Assembly (NCBI GenBank): GCA_937958695.1
Contig: CALGNK010000002.1
Coordinates: forward strand, 585-64,584
Direction of reading: 5' to 3'
Source of the DNA: an uncultured bacterium
GTDB taxonomy: Bacteria > DUMJ01
Length of the DNA stretch: 64,000 nucleotides
Part shown: positions 62,283 to 64,000 of the stretch, piece after piece
Position numbering within the stretch: the first letter of the stretch is position 1
Layout of the letters: each line of letters starts with the position of its first letter
Made by a program: the position numbers and the translations under genes
Notes under the pieces: generated by a model
What the model was told of the DNA's origin: nothing
The model's database searches: none
The model's input: only the letters and a program-made list of their open reading frames with translations

Positions 62283-63380
62283 TTATATACCATAATTTCC
62301 CATTTTAGCTAGTAGTATTAAGGTCTCAAATTGGTCAAATACATAGAGGTCTTTAGATTTGTAGTCTCCAAGCTTAGTAATATTTATTTTACTCAGAAAG
62401 ATATCTGATTCTCCTCTTTTATTCAAATTTAAAAGGAGTAGTGATAGAGTTGCATATACTCCATAAGACTCATCTGTTGTAGCAGATTTGCCATTCCAGT
62501 AATAAGAAGTATAGATTTTACCATCTTCTCTCATCTTTGTATTTATAAAGTTAATAAACCGCTTGATAAGATTATAATCGCCGATATTTATGCCTATATA
62601 AGCCTGCTCAATCATATTTACCTTTGAAGGTGTATGATATGTGGATGATGGAATATCATAGTAATCTGGGAAGAAGATCTCGGAAAATTTTAGAGATTCT
62701 TCTAAGATCTTCTTGGAACTCTCATAGAAAACTTTGAATTTAGGTATATACTGAGATAATTTTGAAATCATCTCCAGATTTAGATAGAACAGTGGAACTC
62801 TCTTATTAGCCTTTTCTGTCCTCCCATCAAAGTAGTCAATAAGATATTTGTCATAGCTATTGAATTTTATTATATTTTCCCCGATATAGATCCCATCTCT
62901 TAAAAATCTTTCCTCTTTAAAAGTCTCATAGGCTTTTATCAAGGAGTATGAGATCCTTAAAGAGTCTAATAATGATGTAGCATCGTCTGGCAAGAGTGTC
63001 CTTCTATTTATCCTCCAGAATAAATAACCCCTAGGGGATAGAAAGTATCTCTTTGTTACCTTCCAAGTAGTATCGAAAAGAATAAGGTTATTGGTATTTA
63101 CTGCATATTCCATCAATTGTCCCATAGATTCTAGGAGAGAATACTCTATAGGCATATCATTTTGAATTTTAGAAGCGATTAATCCTCTTCTATCCATAAA
63201 TCTTTCTTTGATATGATTTAATATACCTCTTTCTAAATCTCTAGAGTTGGATATAGTCTCTTCTATAGCCTTTTGTATCCTGTAACCTAAAAGATAATCT
63301 CTAACAAGAGAGAAAGAAAAAATAGATGCCAATATTAACAATATCGTAATAATCGTGTAACTCAACTTCTTAATAGTCAC
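62283..63380 (-). CDS. YdaJ-like secreted or anchored glycoside hydrolase (GH8-like by synteny and size)
   Basis: 365 aa with an N-terminal signal anchor. LLESMGQ loosely resembles the GH8 catalytic Glu region. The assignment is weak without an HMM. Confidence 0.4.
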   Translation of the reverse strand: MTIKKLSYTIITILLILASIFSFSLVRDYLLGYRIQKAIEETISNSRDLERGILNHIKERFMDRRGLIASKIQNDMPIEYSLLESMGQLMEYAVNTNNLILFDTTWKVTKRYFLSPRGYLFWRINRRTLLPDDATSLLDSLRISYSLIKAYETFKEERFLRDGIYIGENIIKFNSYDKYLIDYFDGRTEKANKRVPLFYLNLEMISKLSQYIPKFKVFYESSKKILEESLKFSEIFFPDYYDIPSSTYHTPSKVNMIEQAYIGINIGDYNLIKRFINFINTKMREDGKIYTSYYWNGKSATTDESYGVYATLSLLLLNLNKRGESDIFLSKINITKLGDYKSKDLYVFDQFETLILLAKMGNYGI

Positions 63381-63385
63381 TTATA

Positions 63386-64000
63386 CTATTTATTGCCAGG
63401 TTCAGCTAACCTACCCATAAAAAGTATACTTCCAGAACGATTATCCCTTATAAAAAAGATAAATGGTCTATCAGCGAGAAATACAATAGGCATAACAGCC
63501 ATCTTAGTTCCCATTATGACCGCAGTAGCAGCTGCTGCCTCTGTTCCTTCCTCGTTTACTTCAACAAAAGATTGATGGATAACGCTATTTATATATAGAT
63601 CTGGTTTTGGTGTCATTCCGGAGAAATCAGCCTTTATCATATCGAACGCATCAACCATACCTAGTCTTTTTAGGATATCATTAAGGATGTACCTTTTTTC
63701 TATCTTGAATCTTGGGATATAGACTTCAACCTCTCTTTCTGATAGTGATGATAACCAAGTCTTTAGTTTTTTCGTTGAGAGAATCTTTTCTATCTTAGAG
63801 AGCATAATATTAATTTTAGGTAGAACAATAATCATAGATAAATCCTTTCCAGCATATAGTATCTCTAAGACTTGAACCTCATTGTCCTCTCCATAGTTAA
63901 ATCTTCCTTTTTGATACATCATTGGCATATCCAATTTGACATTCTCAGATACATAGAAAGGCATATTTTTAGTATTTTTAGGATCAAACTGTAATTCCCA
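63386..64000 (-). CDS. Serpin (serine protease inhibitor), C-terminal ~200 aa; the 5' end lies beyond the window
   Basis: Hinge and reactive-centre loop EEGTEAAAATAV (nt about 63521-63553) and C-terminal signature FLADRPFIFFIRD. The frame stays open to nt 64000 (…WELQFDPKNTKNMPFY…). Confidence 0.85.
   Translation of the reverse strand, partial: WELQFDPKNTKNMPFYVSENVKLDMPMMYQKGRFNYGEDNEVQVLEILYAGKDLSMIIVLPKINIMLSKIEKILSTKKLKTWLSSLSEREVEVYIPRFKIEKRYILNDILKRLGMVDAFDMIKADFSGMTPKPDLYINSVIHQSFVEVNEEGTEAAAATAVIMGTKMAVMPIVFLADRPFIFFIRDNRSGSILFMGRLAEPGNK

Noticed and set aside
62283-63380. Firm GH8 (BcsZ-type endoglucanase) assignment of the YdaJ-like protein
   Set aside because: Only a loose match (LLESMGQ) to the catalytic-Glu region could be seen by eye. 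It is kept as GH8-like by synteny and size only, pending an HMM.
1-64000. Mobile element, prophage, defence-island or CRISPR interpretation of the window
   Set aside because: No integrase, transposase or Cas genes, no terminal inverted repeats, no direct-repeat/spacer arrays and no compositional discontinuity. The content is housekeeping plus glycan-related genes.

Overview
The window is visibly AT-rich (about one-third GC by eye) and densely packed with co-directional genes. Proteins are Lys/Glu/Ile-rich with AGA/AGG Arg and ATA Ile codons, so this looks like chromosomal core DNA of a low-GC thermophilic bacterium. The gene content (family-5 SBPs, split transketolase, beta-helix depolymerase) fits a Dictyoglomus/Thermotoga/Thermoanaerobacter-like lifestyle, but the taxon cannot be fixed from sequence alone. 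I support about 60 protein genes and found no rRNA, tRNA, CRISPR, IS element or prophage signal. The main blocks in order: (1) a 5'-truncated amidohydrolase, glutamate dehydrogenase, an orphan family-5 solute-binding protein with a terminator hairpin, a beta-propeller glycosidase-like gene, an FAD oxidoreductase, a DppA-like M55 peptidase, a SIMPL protein and a flavin-reductase pair; (2) a YgiQ radical-SAM gene on the minus strand and a membrane GGDEF diguanylate cyclase; (3) an 18-kb unbroken co-directional array argG-argC-argJ-argB-argD-carA-carB-argH-aminotransferase-era-recO-glyQ-glyS-miaB; (4) a second array nagB-O-antigen ligase-GT4-miaA-dapF-dapL-PLP enzyme-two secreted unknown proteins-Zn-ADH-HemW-like radical SAM; (5) a secreted right-handed beta-helix protein divergent from a complete Opp/Dpp-type ABC importer; (6) a split transketolase preceded by a 25-codon ORF with a strong ribosome-binding site; (7) the most interesting region, a tightly coupled minus-strand operon serpin / GH8-like / degenerate-GGDEF membrane protein / unknown bitopic protein / processive GT2 (QRTRW) / BcsB-like / GT4. 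In size, order and architecture it is a near-perfect counterpart of the Bacillus subtilis ydaJKLMN c-di-GMP-dependent exopolysaccharide operon, here extended by a serpin (5'-side) and a GT4 (3'-side). All family calls rest on motifs I can read and on remembered architectures. No database search was run.
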